From positions 51,088,001-51,152,000 of the forward strand of contig OZ024741.1 of the NCBI GenBank assembly GCA_964016885.1: a DNA stretch of 64,000 nucleotides, in the 5' to 3' direction. The position numbers and the translations under genes are program-made. Shown one piece after another: positions 50,378 to 64,000 of this stretch. The notes under the pieces were generated by a model that worked only from the letters and a program-made list of their open reading frames with translations, searched no databases and was not told the origin of the DNA. Origin of the DNA: Eledone cirrhosa. Taxonomy: Eukaryota. Position 1 is the first letter of the stretch. Each line of letters opens with the position of its first letter.

Positions 50378-50978
50378 GTCAGGTCACCAGTTGGTGCTAC
50401 TGGTAACATGTATCCCAATACAACCTGTCCCATGGTCGGGTCGTTGGCGACTAAACTGGCAACCCCACCAAGCTTTCTTAGTGAGGAGGGTGACTTTGGA
50501 CATCCTGCAGGACTAAAAATAAAACCTGTCAAAGGGAAAAGGAACTCTTAAGAGTCAATAGCCATCCAAAATCACCAGGAGAGATGACCCCTAAGCCTTT
50601 GTCAAGGCAGAATTCTAGGAGAAGGAAAACTCTGATATAACACCTGCAACCCTGATGGTAGCCAATAATGCTGACTTGTTCTTCTTTTTGGTAAATATCA
50701 TCTTGGTTAAGAGAGTGGGACTGGCTGTGTGCAGTGCCTTTGCTCACTACAAAAGCTTCACGGCACAGGCATTGCTTTATATCTGGAGATCTCTCTGCAC
50801 TTGTCGTCACATGGTACCAGCACTGTGTGTCAATAATTGTCACAAGTGTAGTGTTTGTAGCAGAGTTTTCAAGTCGCTGGCTGGACTAAAAAGTCACACC
50901 CGTTCAGCGCATCGGTAGGGGTTCTCCTACATAGATATAAAGTAGTGGCCGTACTCGAAAACGAGTTGGCAGCCACCA
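50378..50978 (+). mobile_element. ~600-bp non-autonomous RTE-related retroposon
   Basis: RTE 5'UTR-like CTAGGAGAAGGAAAACTCTGA joined to a C2H2 remnant CSVCSRVFKSLAGLKSHTRSAH* and 3' stem CTCGAAAACGAG; copies at 57647-58255 and 58385-58972. Confidence 0.75.
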
Positions 50979-50996
50979 TATATATATATATATATG

Positions 50997-51057
<61 letters not shown>

Positions 51058-51411
51058 GCGCACGCATGCACACACACACACACATAAAAACATACACACA
51101 CACACATATATATGTATACATATATGTGTGTGTGTACGTATTTTGTGTGTATGTACATATATGTATGTACGTATGAATGTAGGTATATATGCATGTATGT
51201 AGGTATGTATGTATGTATGTATGTATTTATGTATGTATGCATGTAGGTATATATGTATGCCAGCTTGTGTACGTCTGCGCGTATGTGAGTATAACTATGA
51301 AAATACAAATATTTGCCTATAGTATGTTACATGCACAATAGTATTTATGTTTACATATAAATGTATGTACAAATTCCACGGTGATGTTTTTATTAATATA
51401 TATATATATAT

Positions 51412-51667
51412 CAGGGACGGTGGGACTCGGTAGCCATGCCCCCGCTCCTCTAATAATTATATTTTTCTCCCCAAACTCCCAAACTACCAACGCACACATC
51501 TATTTGTATATGTGCTACAATTTATGTACATGTTATGTTTATCACATATGAAAGTTTTTAATATCTTGGTTGATATTTGACAATAACAGCTAAACTAATC
51601 ACTACAACTAAATTGACCAAATCTGCCCCCCCCCCCCCTCAATTCAAAACTCCTTCTACCGCCCTTG
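51412..51667. mobile_element. Probable hAT-type MITE (partial copy at 59199-59395)
   Basis: CAGGGACGGTGGGA ... TTCTACCGCCCTTG imperfect TIRs; shared internal ATCTATTTGTATATG...AATTTATGTACATGTTATGTTTATCACATAT. Confidence 0.55.
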
Positions 51668-51695
51668 CATACACACACACACACTCACACACACA

Positions 51696-51789
<94 letters not shown>

Positions 51790-51874
51790 CATATAAAATT
51801 ATGTTTCAAGAACAAACTTTACCTAATTTTTCTTCTTAGTCCGGAGAAATTAACTAAACAAATCAATTGAATAT

Positions 51875-51952
<78 letters not shown>

Positions 51953-52333
51953 TGTGTATATATAAATATATACATACATATATATATATGTATGTATATA
52001 CATATGTATTTATATGTATGTATACATATATATGTGTATGTATGTATGTACATATATATGTATATATATATATATATATATGTAAGTATGTATACATATA
52101 TATGTGTATGTATGTACATATATATGTATATATATATATATATATATATACATATATATGCATATATATATATATAATCATATATATATGTATATATAGA
52201 CGAACATGTATGTATATATATATATGTATGTGTGTGCGTGTATACATATATAATTATACATATACTGTATATATTTATATATATACAATTATAATTATAT
52301 ATGTATATATATATATATATATATAAATATATA

Positions 52334-52377
<44 letters not shown>

Positions 52378-52390
52378 CATGTATATGTAT

Positions 52391-52456
<66 letters not shown>

Positions 52457-52612
52457 AATAATTGTTTCTACAATAGGCACAAGGCCAGCAATTACCCAGT
52501 GCATTACTGGTACTTTATTTTATCGACCCCCGTTAGGATGAAAGGCAAAGTTAACCTCGACGGGATTTGAACTCAGAATGGCAAGGGCCGTAACTCTATG
52601 CGTCAAAGCATG
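52457..52612 (-). mobile_element. SINE family S (5'-truncated)
   Basis: Reverse complement of family body. Confidence 0.8.
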
Positions 52613-53051
52613 TTAATAATAATAACGGTCTCATTCTTAGCCACACAGAGCTTACATTAAGAAAACAATAAGGACGGTTTAGGACGGTATAATGGGTGAA
52701 AGAAAGGTTTATAACAAAGACTAAAAAATAGATAAACACTTAAAAAAAAATCAAACATAACAAAATCCCGCAAAGTGTGGACACATCCAAGGGACACGTG
52801 TGGAGAAATCCCACAAAAAGCTACGAATAATAATATTTAAAACTGTATAGTTCTGTGACGGCTTCCTTTAACGTATGAGTATGACTGACGAGATTATCAC
52901 AAACTTAATTGAAGAAAATCTCATATTTGGCGAGAAAATATAAGAAAGGGCGTCATTACAATTGGAACTACCAATAATTAGTTATGTCAGTAAATAATTG
53001 GCTTCCTTGATTTGCCGACACAAATAATTGTTCTTATTGATAATTAGATCG

Positions 53052-53152
<101 letters not shown>

Positions 53153-53199
53153 TAATAATAATAATTTATTATTTGTTTATTTGAGGATACTAAACTACA

Positions 53200-53260
<61 letters not shown>

Positions 53261-53310
53261 ACCTGACTGCCAAGACTGGAATTGAACTGTATGTCATACA
53301 TCAATTTATA

Positions 53311-53376
53311 TATTTTATCTGATGTGGACGTACTGAAGAAACAGCACAGTACCTCCGAAATATATATAATAAAATA
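53311..53376 (+). ncRNA. Hammerhead motif with A9U core change (family A relative)
   Basis: TATTTTAT-CTGATGT-GGACGTACTG...CAGTACCTCC-GAAA-TATATA-TA-ATAAAATA. Confidence 0.65.
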
Positions 53377-53475
53377 TATTTGATTACATGAATGCCTATA
53401 TTTATTAATATTTTGAGTTAATATATATATATATTAGCCATGCTAGCGTGGAAAATAGACGGTAAACAATGATGC

Positions 53476-53584
<109 letters not shown>

Positions 53585-53707
53585 GTAGTTCAAGGAAACA
53601 ACAAAACAGAGGTACAAAAGTCTTATTAGTTTCACTATGTATATATATATTTATTTGTTTATTTGAGGGTTCTAAACTATAATATATATATGTATTATAG
53701 TTTAGAA

Positions 53708-53805
<98 letters not shown>

Positions 53806-54102
53806 TGCGATTTCAGAGTCACGTTCGATCATTACATAGATCGTGCCTCGAGCTGGTCGCCAGAGAAACGATTGTAATATGTCTAATAAATTTTATTCGT
53901 CGCCACAGTGATTTTCCGTTTCTTATGTGATATATATATATATATATATATAATAAAAATATCAGTATATAAATATATATCGACTTTTTGAGCAATAATG
54001 TAAAGGGCGCTAATACTTACATATGAATCTATCTATCTAATAAACCTAATAAACTACCATTTGTACTACCTCTCTGTTTTTTGTTCCTGTCTAATATTTA
54101 AC

Positions 54103-54216
<114 letters not shown>

Positions 54217-54492
54217 TATTTATCCATCTATATATCCCACTAAATGTACACACCATTACGAGAATAACGAAAAATAAGAGAATTTATTTGAATGTTTACA
54301 CAAGAGAAAGATATCATCCGACATGTAAAAATATTTCGTTGCTATCTCTAGCAGGTTAATGTGTATGGTCTTTAATATGTATGTATGTATGTAATGTATA
54401 TATGTATGTCTGTGTATATGTATGTATATATGTACGCATGTATAGAATATAGATCTATAATTTTATATATACATATCTGTATATATATATAT

Positions 54493-54622
54493 AAATAGCC
54501 TTCGAAACGGCTTAAGCTCTGCCGTCGGGGTTAAACATTTTCATATTACCCACTCTACTACCCTAAGTATTGAATACTCTGGTGCGTTATGGTCCATCTG
54601 GTTCCTTACCACACTTCCTTCG

Positions 54623-54624
<2 letters not shown>
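54493..54624 (+). mobile_element. Family H repeat
   Basis: AAATAGCCTTCGAAACGGC...GCCGTCGGGG + family tail. Confidence 0.8.
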
Positions 54625-54666
<42 letters not shown>

Positions 54667-54972
54667 AAAAGGAAAAGAATGACTTCACTTGTAGTTCTCA
54701 ACAATTTCATTTAATTTTATAATATTATAATATTATGAATTGGTAGATCTAGTAAGTTCTTTGTTGACTTCGGTGGGAAGATTTTTAAAGATTCCTGGTT
54801 AACTTTCCTGGGGAACTTTCTCGCATTCGTCGGTGACGATTGTCAAACTGAGATCAGGTTGTGTTGTGTTGTGTGACTATATAAGAGAGAGTTGGATGTG
54901 TTTGGGGGTGGGGTGCAGTGTTAATGAGCGTGGGAGTGAAGGAACCAATATCTAAACTTCCATTTATATATT

Positions 54973-55015
<43 letters not shown>

Positions 55016-55070
55016 ATATAGATATTATATATATTATATATATAATATAAATAAATAAATATATATATAC

Positions 55071-55124
<54 letters not shown>

Positions 55125-55278
55125 ATTGTGTGTGTGTGTTTGTATATATATATATATTGTGTTAAGAAAGTAGTAAAAGAAATCTCAGGGGACTTGGACA
55201 GCAGGTCTTCGTGTGTATATGATTAATTATACATCTAAATATACATAAACACACACACACATATATATAGAGAGAGAG

Positions 55279-55345
<67 letters not shown>

Positions 55346-55513
55346 TATGTATATACAAATATAAAATATAAATAAACACATATTTGCAGGCACGGACATG
55401 GGTGTGTTGTTCTCCATACAGTCTCACTATACGGTACCTTCGGCAAGTAATTCTCCCATAAATTCGGATGATACAAGGTTTGTTGAATATGTAGATGGAA
55501 ACTGCATAATCCC

Positions 55514-55594
<81 letters not shown>

Positions 55595-55734
55595 CGTGTG
55601 TGTAGAGGTTATATTTAATTTGTTGGGATACAACAAGCAAAATATTTTTATAACTGATATAAAGCACTCAACAAATTATTGGAGTAAATATACAATATAT
55701 TAACAAATGGAAACTATATTTATAAAACCATATT

Positions 55735-55800
55735 TATTTCATTATACATATTTCAAGGGCCACCAGAGCAAACTATGGTGCGCTTTCATCAGATAAAATA
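55735..55800 (-). ncRNA. Type I minimal hammerhead motif (family A)
   Basis: TATTTTAT-CTGATGA-AAGCGCACCATAG TTTG CTCTGGTGGCCCTT-GAAA-TATGTA-TA-ATGAAATA. Confidence 0.8.
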
Positions 55801-55894
55801 TAATATAGCAGGAGATTCCAACCAGAATGGTTTCATTTTTTAAGGGTATGTCAATATTTATTTATAAAACTAACCTATATTATATTATATATTA

Positions 55895-55960
55895 TATTTT
55901 ATCTGATGAAAGCGCACCATAGTTTGCTATGGTGACCCTTGAAATATGTATAATAAAATA
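55895..55960 (+). ncRNA. Type I minimal hammerhead motif (family A, inverted arm)
   Basis: TATTTTAT-CTGATGA-AAGCG CACCATAG TTTG CTATGGTG ACCCTT-GAAA-TATGTA-TA-ATAAAATA; perfect 8-bp stem I. Confidence 0.85.
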
Positions 55961-56002
55961 AATATGGTTTTATAAATATAGTTTCCATTTGTTAATATAT
56001 TG

Positions 56003-56075
<73 letters not shown>

Positions 56076-56130
56076 TTATATACATATATAATATATATAT
56101 ATATATATATAACGTTATATATATAACACA

Positions 56131-56221
<91 letters not shown>

Positions 56222-56340
56222 ACAATGGAACGGGAACAAAACAGAGAGACAGTACGAACAAAGGTTTATTAGTTTCACGCTCTTGAGAGTGGGGTGGTGG
56301 TGGGGTGATATATATATATACACACACACATATATATATG

Positions 56341-56410
<70 letters not shown>

Positions 56411-56432
56411 CATATATATACGTGTGTGCGTG

Positions 56433-56467
<35 letters not shown>

Positions 56468-56531
56468 ATATATATGCATATATATATATACTGTATATAT
56501 ATATATATACTGTATATATATATATATACTG

Positions 56532-56562
<31 letters not shown>

Positions 56563-56759
56563 AATATGGGTGAGAAGAATACTGCTGGTTGCACATGGAT
56601 AACATGTTATAAAATGAGTCCCTCATCAGTGATTTACCAAACGATCATGGGTATTTCATCGCATTAAAAATCATATACCTCACGTTGGAGCGATAATAAC
56701 TAAAATATATATATATATATATATATATATACTTACACATATATATATATATATATACA

Positions 56760-56963
56760 TAACGAAGGAAATGTGGTACGGAACCAGATGGACCATAACG
56801 CACCAAAGTGCTCAATACTTAGGGTAGTAGAGTGGATAATAGGAACGAGTAGGACCCCGACGGCTGAGCTCAAGCCGTTTCGACGGCTAATTCTGGACTA
56901 AATTTAGTCCAGAACTTACCGTCGAAACGGCTTGAGCTCAGCCGTCGGGGTCCTACTCGTTCC

Positions 56964-56965
<2 letters not shown>
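56760..56965 (-). mobile_element. Family H fold-back repeat
   Basis: Hairpin centred on CTGGACTAAATTTAGTCCAG. Confidence 0.8.
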
Positions 56966-57030
<65 letters not shown>

Positions 57031-57033
57031 TAC

Positions 57034-57092
<59 letters not shown>

Positions 57093-57646
57093 CATAAATA
57101 GATACAGACATATATATACATACACACACGTGTATATATATATATATATACACATATATGTGTGTGTGTGTGCGTGCGTGCGTGTAGCTCTATACTCCCA
57201 TACGCACAAACAAACATGCACACACTTATATATATATTTATGTGCATGTGTGTTTGCATACAGAAAATAAATACTGTTATTGCGTCACCGCTGTTATCTA
57301 GTCGTCCATATCGATATCAGTACTATCAATAAAATATATAGGGTACTCAAACCGCTATGTTACAGGATATATACTGTGGTACAGATGCAAACGAATACGT
57401 AATACAAACATTTGTACATACATACATGCATACATACATACATACATACATACATACATACATACATACATACATACATACATGGATACATACATACATA
57501 CATACATACATACATACATACATACATACATACATGGATACATACATACATACATACATACATACATACATACATACATACATACATACATGCATGTATA
57601 TATACATGCAAACATATACAGACTCATACATATCTACATATATATA

Positions 57647-58255
57647 TGGTGGCTGCCAACTCGTTTTCGAGTACGGTCACTACTTTATATCCATGTAGGA
57701 GAACCCCTACCGATGCGCTGAACGAGTGTGACTTTTTAGTCCAGCCAGCGACTTGAAAACTCTGGTACAAACATTGCACTTTTGACAATTATTGACACAT
57801 AGTGTTGGGCCCATGGTACCATGTGACGACAAGTGCAGAGAGTTCTCCAGATATAAAGCAATTCCTGTGCCGTGAAGCTTTTATAGTGAGCAAAGGCACT
57901 GCACAAAGCCAGTCCCACTCTCTTAACCAAGATGATATTTACCAAAAAGAAGAACAAGTCAACATCATTGGATACCATCAGGGTTGCAGGTGTTATATCA
58001 GAGTTTTCCTTCTCCTAGAATTCTGCCTTGACAAAGGCTAAGGGGTCATCTCTCCCGGTGATTTGGGATGGCCATTGACTCTTAAAAGCTCCTTTGCCCT
58101 TTGACAGGTTTTGTTTTTAGTCCTGCAGGATGTCCAAAGTCACCCTCCTCACCAAGAAACCTTGGTGGGGTTGCCAGTTTAGTCGCCAACGACCCGACCA
58201 TGAGACAGGTTGTACTGGGATACATGTTACCAGTAGCACCAACTGGTGACCTGAC
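57647..58255 (-). mobile_element. Non-autonomous RTE-related retroposon, copy 2
   Basis: Reverse complement of 50378-50978. Confidence 0.8.
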
Positions 58256-58304
58256 ATATATACATACATACATACATACATACATACATACATACATACA
58301 TACA

Positions 58305-58338
<34 letters not shown>

Positions 58339-58384
58339 CATATACATACAAACATATACAGACTCATATATATCTACATATATG

Positions 58385-58972
58385 ATGGCTGCCCCCTCGT
58401 TATCGAGTATGGCCATTGCACGATACACCATTATTCATAATTATTAATTAATTCTATCGTGCAATGCCTGTGCGTGAAGATATTTTTTAAAGTGAGGAAA
58501 GACTGTGCACTGAGCCAATCCCACTCTCTGAGCGACAGTAGCTATAACCCGAAAAGAAGAAAAGATCAACATCATCGGTAACTACTGAGCCGCAGGTTTT
58601 ATATCGGAGTTATCCCAGTTTCCTGAGTTGCCTTCTCCTAGAAGAATGCCCTGACAAAGGCTAGGGTCCTTCACTCCCAGTGGTTGAACCGCGCGATCGG
58701 GTGTCCACATACAAACACATGCACCCATGTATATACACATATACATACATACGTACATGTGTATATACATATTTACACACTTTTGGATGGCTGTTGGCTC
58801 TTATGAGTTCTTCCGTCCTTTGTCAGGTTTTGTTTTTTGTCCTGCAGAGTGTCCAAAATCACCCTCCTCATCAAGTAAACTTGGTGGAGTTGCCGGTTTA
58901 GTCGCCGACGACCCGACCATGCGACAGGTTGTACTGGGTTACATGTTACCAGTAGCACTCAAGAGTGACCCG
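58385..58972 (-). mobile_element. Non-autonomous RTE-related retroposon, diverged copy 3
   Basis: Same 5' and 3' ends; lacks the zinc-finger segment; carries a microsatellite insertion. Confidence 0.7.
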
Positions 58973-59391
58973 ACATACATACATAAATACAATGAAATTC
59001 TGCTGATGGAACGTAAAAATAAAAACCCTCGGCAAATTAAAACACAACCGACCTTGGGACCACACATTAAAAACATGCTCTGTTGTAGAAGTCAGCTGCC
59101 CACATGATATCAATATGGGAAGGAAAATGCAAGAGAACGAAGATATCTTCAGACCACTAATGAGGAATTTGCAGATCCAGTTCCCAGGAAATACATTCCA
59201 GGAGCGGTGGAACTGGAAGGAGGGACAGGGGGGGCATGCCCCCTTCCTTCCCCAACAATTATATGTTTCTCCCCAAACTACTAAAACACGCATCTATTTG
59301 TATATGCGGTATAATTTATGTACATGTTATGTTTATCACATATCGAAGTTTTCTGACCATATTAGAGTGCAAAGAACTAAACTAAATTGAC

Positions 59392-59500
<109 letters not shown>

Positions 59501-59517
59501 GGCGACAAAGAGATGGG

Positions 59518-59712
59518 GTGTGGTAAAATACCAGGTGGACCATAACCCCCCCCCCCCAGAGTACTCGATACTTAGGGTAGTAGAGTGGGTAATATGAAAA
59601 GATTCAGGACCCCGGCGGCTGAGCTCCGGTCGTTTCAACAGCTAGATCTGAACAGTTCGGATCTAGCTGTCGAAACGGCCGGAGCTCATCCGTCGGGGTC
59701 CTGAATCTTTTC
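59518..59712 (-). mobile_element. Family H fold-back repeat (diverged subfamily)
   Basis: Hairpin ACAGCTAGATCTGAAC-A-GTTCGGATCTAGCTGT then CGAAACGG...CCGTCGGGG. Confidence 0.75.
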
Positions 59713-59864
59713 ATATATATATATATATATATATATATGAATAATTGTATATATTACTAATATGCACAATATGCATGTACAGGTGACTACTATGTGCTTT
59801 TTCATAGGTGCGTGTGTTGTGTGTATAGACAGATAAATCGAGATATAAATATATGTATATGAAT

Positions 59865-59917
<53 letters not shown>

Positions 59918-60314
59918 CTCCCAGGTCTCGAATAATGCCCTCCCTCTCCGCTCATTAATTTTTCTTATTCCCCACTCCCCTCCTCCCCAGCTTCTATACC
60001 GACCCCCACCCACGCTTATCAAATTTTACTAATCTTTCTCCGACAACATTTTATTTTAAGTGGTAGCTAGCATTCCTACGACAATTAATTTTTTTAGACA
60101 TTAAAAAAAATTATACATGACAATAAAATTCTCATACGCTATAAAATAAATAGGGTGGGTTGAGATCTCAATATGTAAACTAAACGACTAATTCTGGTTT
60201 TAAAAAAAAAATCAAAAGAGACAACCTAGAAAAATTACCGATTTTCCACCACCACCACCATCACAAGCACCTCGCTTATTTCAACGCCCTCACCCTATTA
60301 TTTTGGACCCGAGA
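59918..60314 (+). mobile_element. MITE (family of 36772-37140)
   Basis: TA|CTCCCAGGTCTCGAATAAT ... ATTATTTTGGACCCGAGA; shared core. Confidence 0.75.
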
Positions 60315-60377
60315 CTTTTTATACATCCAGGCGCGTATATTTATAAATATATTTATGAATATTTACACATTGTACAT

Positions 60378-60522
60378 AATAGTCGTTTCTACTTTTGGCA
60401 CAAGACCAGCAATTATCCCAGTGCATTACTGGTACTTTATTTTATCGAACCCGTAAGGATGAAGGGCAAAGTTAACCTCGGCGGGATTTGAACTCAAAAT
60501 AGCAAGGGCCGTAATTCTATAC
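60378..60522 (-). mobile_element. SINE family S (5'-truncated)
   Basis: Reverse complement of family body. Confidence 0.8.
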
Positions 60523-60736
60523 ATAATAGTATAAGAAAAAATGAAAGTTGACAGCGGCGGCGGCATTTGAACAGATGGCGTAAAGAGCCGAACATATAGT
60601 ACACTGCAAAGCATATTACCCGACTCTATCGATCCTGTCAATCTACAGCCATCTTCACAGATATAGCAATCACGGTTTATATAAACGGTAGAAACGAAAT
60701 TGGTGATTGCTATATCTGTGAATATATATATATATA

Positions 60737-60927
60737 TAACGAAGGAGGTGTGGTAAGGAACCAGGTGGACCATAACGCACCAGAGTACTCAATAATTAGA
60801 GTAGTAGAGTGGGTAATAGGAAAACGTTTGACCCCGACGGCAGAGCTCAAGCCGTTTCCACGGCTATTTATATATATATATATACAGATATGTATATATA
60901 TTTCTGGAAATAGCCGTCGAAACGGCT
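60737..60927 (-). mobile_element. Family H repeat
   Basis: Family tail; hairpin arms separated by a (TA)n tract. Confidence 0.75.
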
Positions 60928-60931
60928 ATAA

Positions 60932-60982
60932 AGTTTAAGCAAAGAATCGCTGCTTTCACCCTTAACGGGATCTTCTGAAACT
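60932..60982 (-). ncRNA. Hammerhead motif with U4A core change (family K)
   Basis: AGTTT-CAGAAGA-TCCC GTTAA GGGT-GAAA-GCA GCGATTCTT TGC-TT-AAACT. Confidence 0.5.
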
Positions 60983-61279
60983 AACAAAGTCAATCTGTAA
61001 ACGCAGAAGTGAATATTTCAAAAAAACGTTGCAACCGGAGGAAGACAGGAAGACGATACTTTGGTTCGTGGAAACGTTCCCTGGCAAAGAACGGGAAAAA
61101 ACGAATATAATACGTCATTATGTGTGCGTGCTGAACTCTGGATCTTTCCGCTGGGAACAACCCCTTGTTTTCTCCCCCCCCCCTTCTTTTGTGTACATCC
61201 ATCCATTCACTCATTCATTTACTGCCATTCTACCTTCCTGTGTCTCCCCCTCCATGCAGCCCCTTTTCGCTCTCGTTTT

Positions 61280-64000
61280 CTGGCACCTCCATATATATAG
61301 GTGAACTATGCTGCCCTCTTACCAGCACTTTCCCTTCAACCCACACACCCCAGCCACCCACCCCTGATGCCGCTCGGTTCCCCAGTCCCCGGCCCCACGC
61401 CCCATCCCCCACCCCTCTAAATCGACACCTGCAGCACTTGCGGCACCACTAACAAACGGAAGAGGGGCAGGAATTGTTTGGGGTGCGGCTGCTTCCACCA
61501 CCTCACCTGCGTTGGCTTGACTCGTCGAGCTTCCAATGCCCTCGCAGCGTGGAGGTGCCGGAGCTGCCTCTTCCCCGCGTCTTCCCAGCCACGGCCGTCT
61601 GACACACCACCAGATGGGACAGCGAGCTTGCCTGACGCCCGAATCTCGCTGGTCAACATCGCTCGGCTCAGGCGGCTCCGGAAGATCCCACTCAGGATCC
61701 CGAGAGCGGCATGGGTGCCGGTAGCCGATGCCCTCGCTTCCTCGATTGAGAGCGGCCTGGACTCCAATCGAACCAGTGACTGGGAGCGGCTGTTCTATTT
61801 CGCCCCACTCGCCCACGGCCTTCCCAGCTCTGGCGCTGACCGGGGCGGCCGGTCAACAGCAGCCTTCGTCAAGGCCAATGTCTCGTCATTTGGGCGAGCA
61901 CCCATTCCAAGCGTGCCCAGGGACGCCACACACCCCACCCTCAGGTACCCCCTATCCTCCACCCCCGAGGCCATCGCCAAGCGTTTTCGTGACCAGGTAA
62001 ACGCAAAGCTTATCATGGGTGATGTCTCGGCCGCAGTCAGAGTTGTTGCCTCAGAGGACACTGTCCTCCAACCCACCGAGGAGATCCTGGTTGCTCTGCG
62101 GCTAAAACACCCTGAGCCCCCCACTGATCTCAGACCCAATCCCCCACCCGACCCCCACCTGCTCCTTGTGGCTACTAATGCAGTTATCATGTCCGCCATC
62201 AGGTCCTTCCCAGCTAGCAGCTGCGGAGGTGTTGATGGTCTCCGACCAGGCCACCTCAAGGAGTTGACATCCCCCCCTCTCCGCTGAGGCCGGGCGCCGC
62301 CTTCTGAGAGCAATTGTGGCGCTCACCAATAGGCTCATTCATGGTGCCCTCGACCCTTATGCCCGAGGCCTCTTTCTTTCGGCCAGCCTCACCGCTCTCA
62401 CGAAGAAAGAGGGTGGCATACGCCCCATTGCTGTGGGCAATGTCTTCCGGAGGCTGGCTGCCAAGGTGATCTGCAAGTCCGTCACACACGAACTGGGTGA
62501 GGAGTTTAGTCCAGTGCAACTGGGTGTCGGCGTGTCCGGTGGCTGTGAGGGAGCCTCTCATGCAATCAGGCAGTTCTTCAGCAGCTGCCCATCGGTACCG
62601 GCATCCAGGGACTCCAGGCACCTCATTGTCAAGCTTGACATGAGGAATGCCTTTAAATCTTTACGCCGGGATCATCTGCTTGAGGCCTGCATCAGCCGAG
62701 ACCTCTCTGCCTACCCGCTGGCCTACCTGTCATATGGAGCCCCGAGCATGCTCCTAGCTGCGGTCATACCCTCGGCTACTGGGGTCCAACAAGGCGACCC
62801 TTTGGGACCCCTCCTGTTCGCCTTTGGTATTGACCACATCGCCCGGAGTATCACGGCCCCTCTCAACGTTTGGTATCTGGATGATGCTACATTGGGCGGG
62901 CCGGTACGGACGGTCTGCCAAGACCTTCAATCGGTGATTCCTGCCCTGGCGAGAATCGGCCTCCAGGTCAACTCGGCCAAGTCGGAGGTGGTGAACGTCA
63001 GCCTCGATGCTGCGAGCTTTGCAGCCTCCGTCTTGGACGTGCGGTCCATTCTCCGCCAGGCTCAGGTGACCCCAAAGAGGATGTCCTCATCCTCAGGTCA
63101 CCGATCCATCCGCCGGCCATCCGCTCCACCATCAGGTCCAGGCTTCAACAGCTCCAGACTCTCACGAGCCGACTGGGCTTGATTGACGGCCACCCAGCTC
63201 TCTTTCTGCTGAGGAACTGCTTCGCCATTGCCATGCCGAAGCTCCTCTATACACTCCGCAGCGCTCCATGATACACCCAGATATCTCTCCTCGCTGACCA
63301 CGATATTTGTATCCGAGCAGCAGCCGAGGGAATATGCAACATCAAGTTTGACGACATAGGGTGGCAACAGGCCACTTTACCGGTCAGGTATGGCGGCCTA
63401 GGCCTCCGATCCCCGATCTCACTAGCTTTGCCGGCGTATCTTTCGTCGGTAACCTCGTGCCGCGTCCTCGTCAGCAGGGTTCTTCAAAACTCAACAGAAC
63501 CCTCTGTGTTCAGAGAATATGAGGCTGCCTGTGAGACGTGGGACCGGCTGGGACTTAGCCCAGTAGACGTCCCTCCTCCTTCTTCCCCTGTTGACGTCAA
63601 ATCCCCCCAACGCACTTAGGATGCCATCCAGTGCAGACAGGCTCACGCGCCAGCTCGACCAGCACCGCCTCGCTTGTTTTCATGCGGCCTCCAAACCCCA
63701 CAGTTGTGCCTGGCTCCATGCTCTGCCCTTCTTCTCCATTGGCACGCAGCTAGACAACCATAGCCTGCGAATCGACGTTTCCCTGAGGCTCGGGCTCCGG
63801 ATCTGCCAGCCACACCAATGTCGCTGCGGTTCCACCGTGGACTCTTTCAGTCTCCACCCGCTTTCCTGTCGCCACAGTGCCGGCCGCATTCCACGCCATA
63901 CTGCCCTCAACGAGGTCATTAAGCATGGCTTGGACGCTGCAGGCTTCCCTTCCCAGCTCGAGCCGGTGGGGCTGGATCGAGGGGACGGCAAAAGGCCAGA
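61280..64000 (+). mobile_element. CRE-clade non-LTR retrotransposon (frameshifted; runs off window end)
   Basis: GC-rich island. GVDGLRPGHLK, RPIAVG.VFRRLAAK, QLGVG, KLDMRNAF, GVQQGDPLGPLLF, WYLDD, LPVRYGGLG, AWLHALP, LRLG, C.CG...H.LSC...[15 protein letters not shown]. 5' boundary approximate. Confidence 0.9.
61478..64000 (+). pseudogene. CRE-type polyprotein: PHD-like finger, RT, zinc knuckle, start of RLE
   Basis: ORFs 61478-62287, 62316-63182, 63428-63619 and downstream frames joined by frameshifts and stops. Confidence 0.85.

Noticed and set aside
53805-53930. GAAA-CGATTG-TA followed by AATAAA in a (TA)n-bounded cassette
   Set aside because: Could be a hammerhead 3' half, but no CUGANGA strand and only one copy in the window.
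56600-56640. Minus-strand CTGATGA-GGG
   Set aside because: No downstream GAAA or compatible stems.

Overview
AT-rich eukaryotic repeat landscape; the SINE types and (TA)n/(CA)n/(CATA)n density suggest an octopus-like cephalopod genome (inference). No host protein-coding gene could be supported; most ORFs in the track are microsatellite artefacts. Coding remnants are all transposon-derived: a near full-length R4/Dong LINE (44.3-48.0 kb), a second R4/Dong fragment, a CRE-clade LINE running off the right end plus three CRE 3' fragments, an RTE fragment, an L1/Tx1 fragment, three Penelope-like GIY-YIG remnants and a Tigger/pogo transposase fragment. There are also many tRNA-type SINEs, several MITEs and a 47-bp minisatellite. 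The main signal is an unusually dense set of type I hammerhead ribozyme motifs, read by eye: 17 with a canonical CUGANGA/GAAA/UH core and a pairing stem I, plus about ten variant or partial ones. They lie in short, often fold-back cassettes embedded in (TA)n tracts, mostly with palindromic stem III sequences that differ by family, and one family has a compensatory U3:A8 core. A truncated Penelope element at 23.1-25.5 kb shows the same architecture (5' fold-back, GIY-YIG, 3' hammerhead, AATAAA, (TA)n), which links the cassettes to Penelope-type mobilisation. All structures were deduced by eye; element boundaries are approximate and no activity has been tested.
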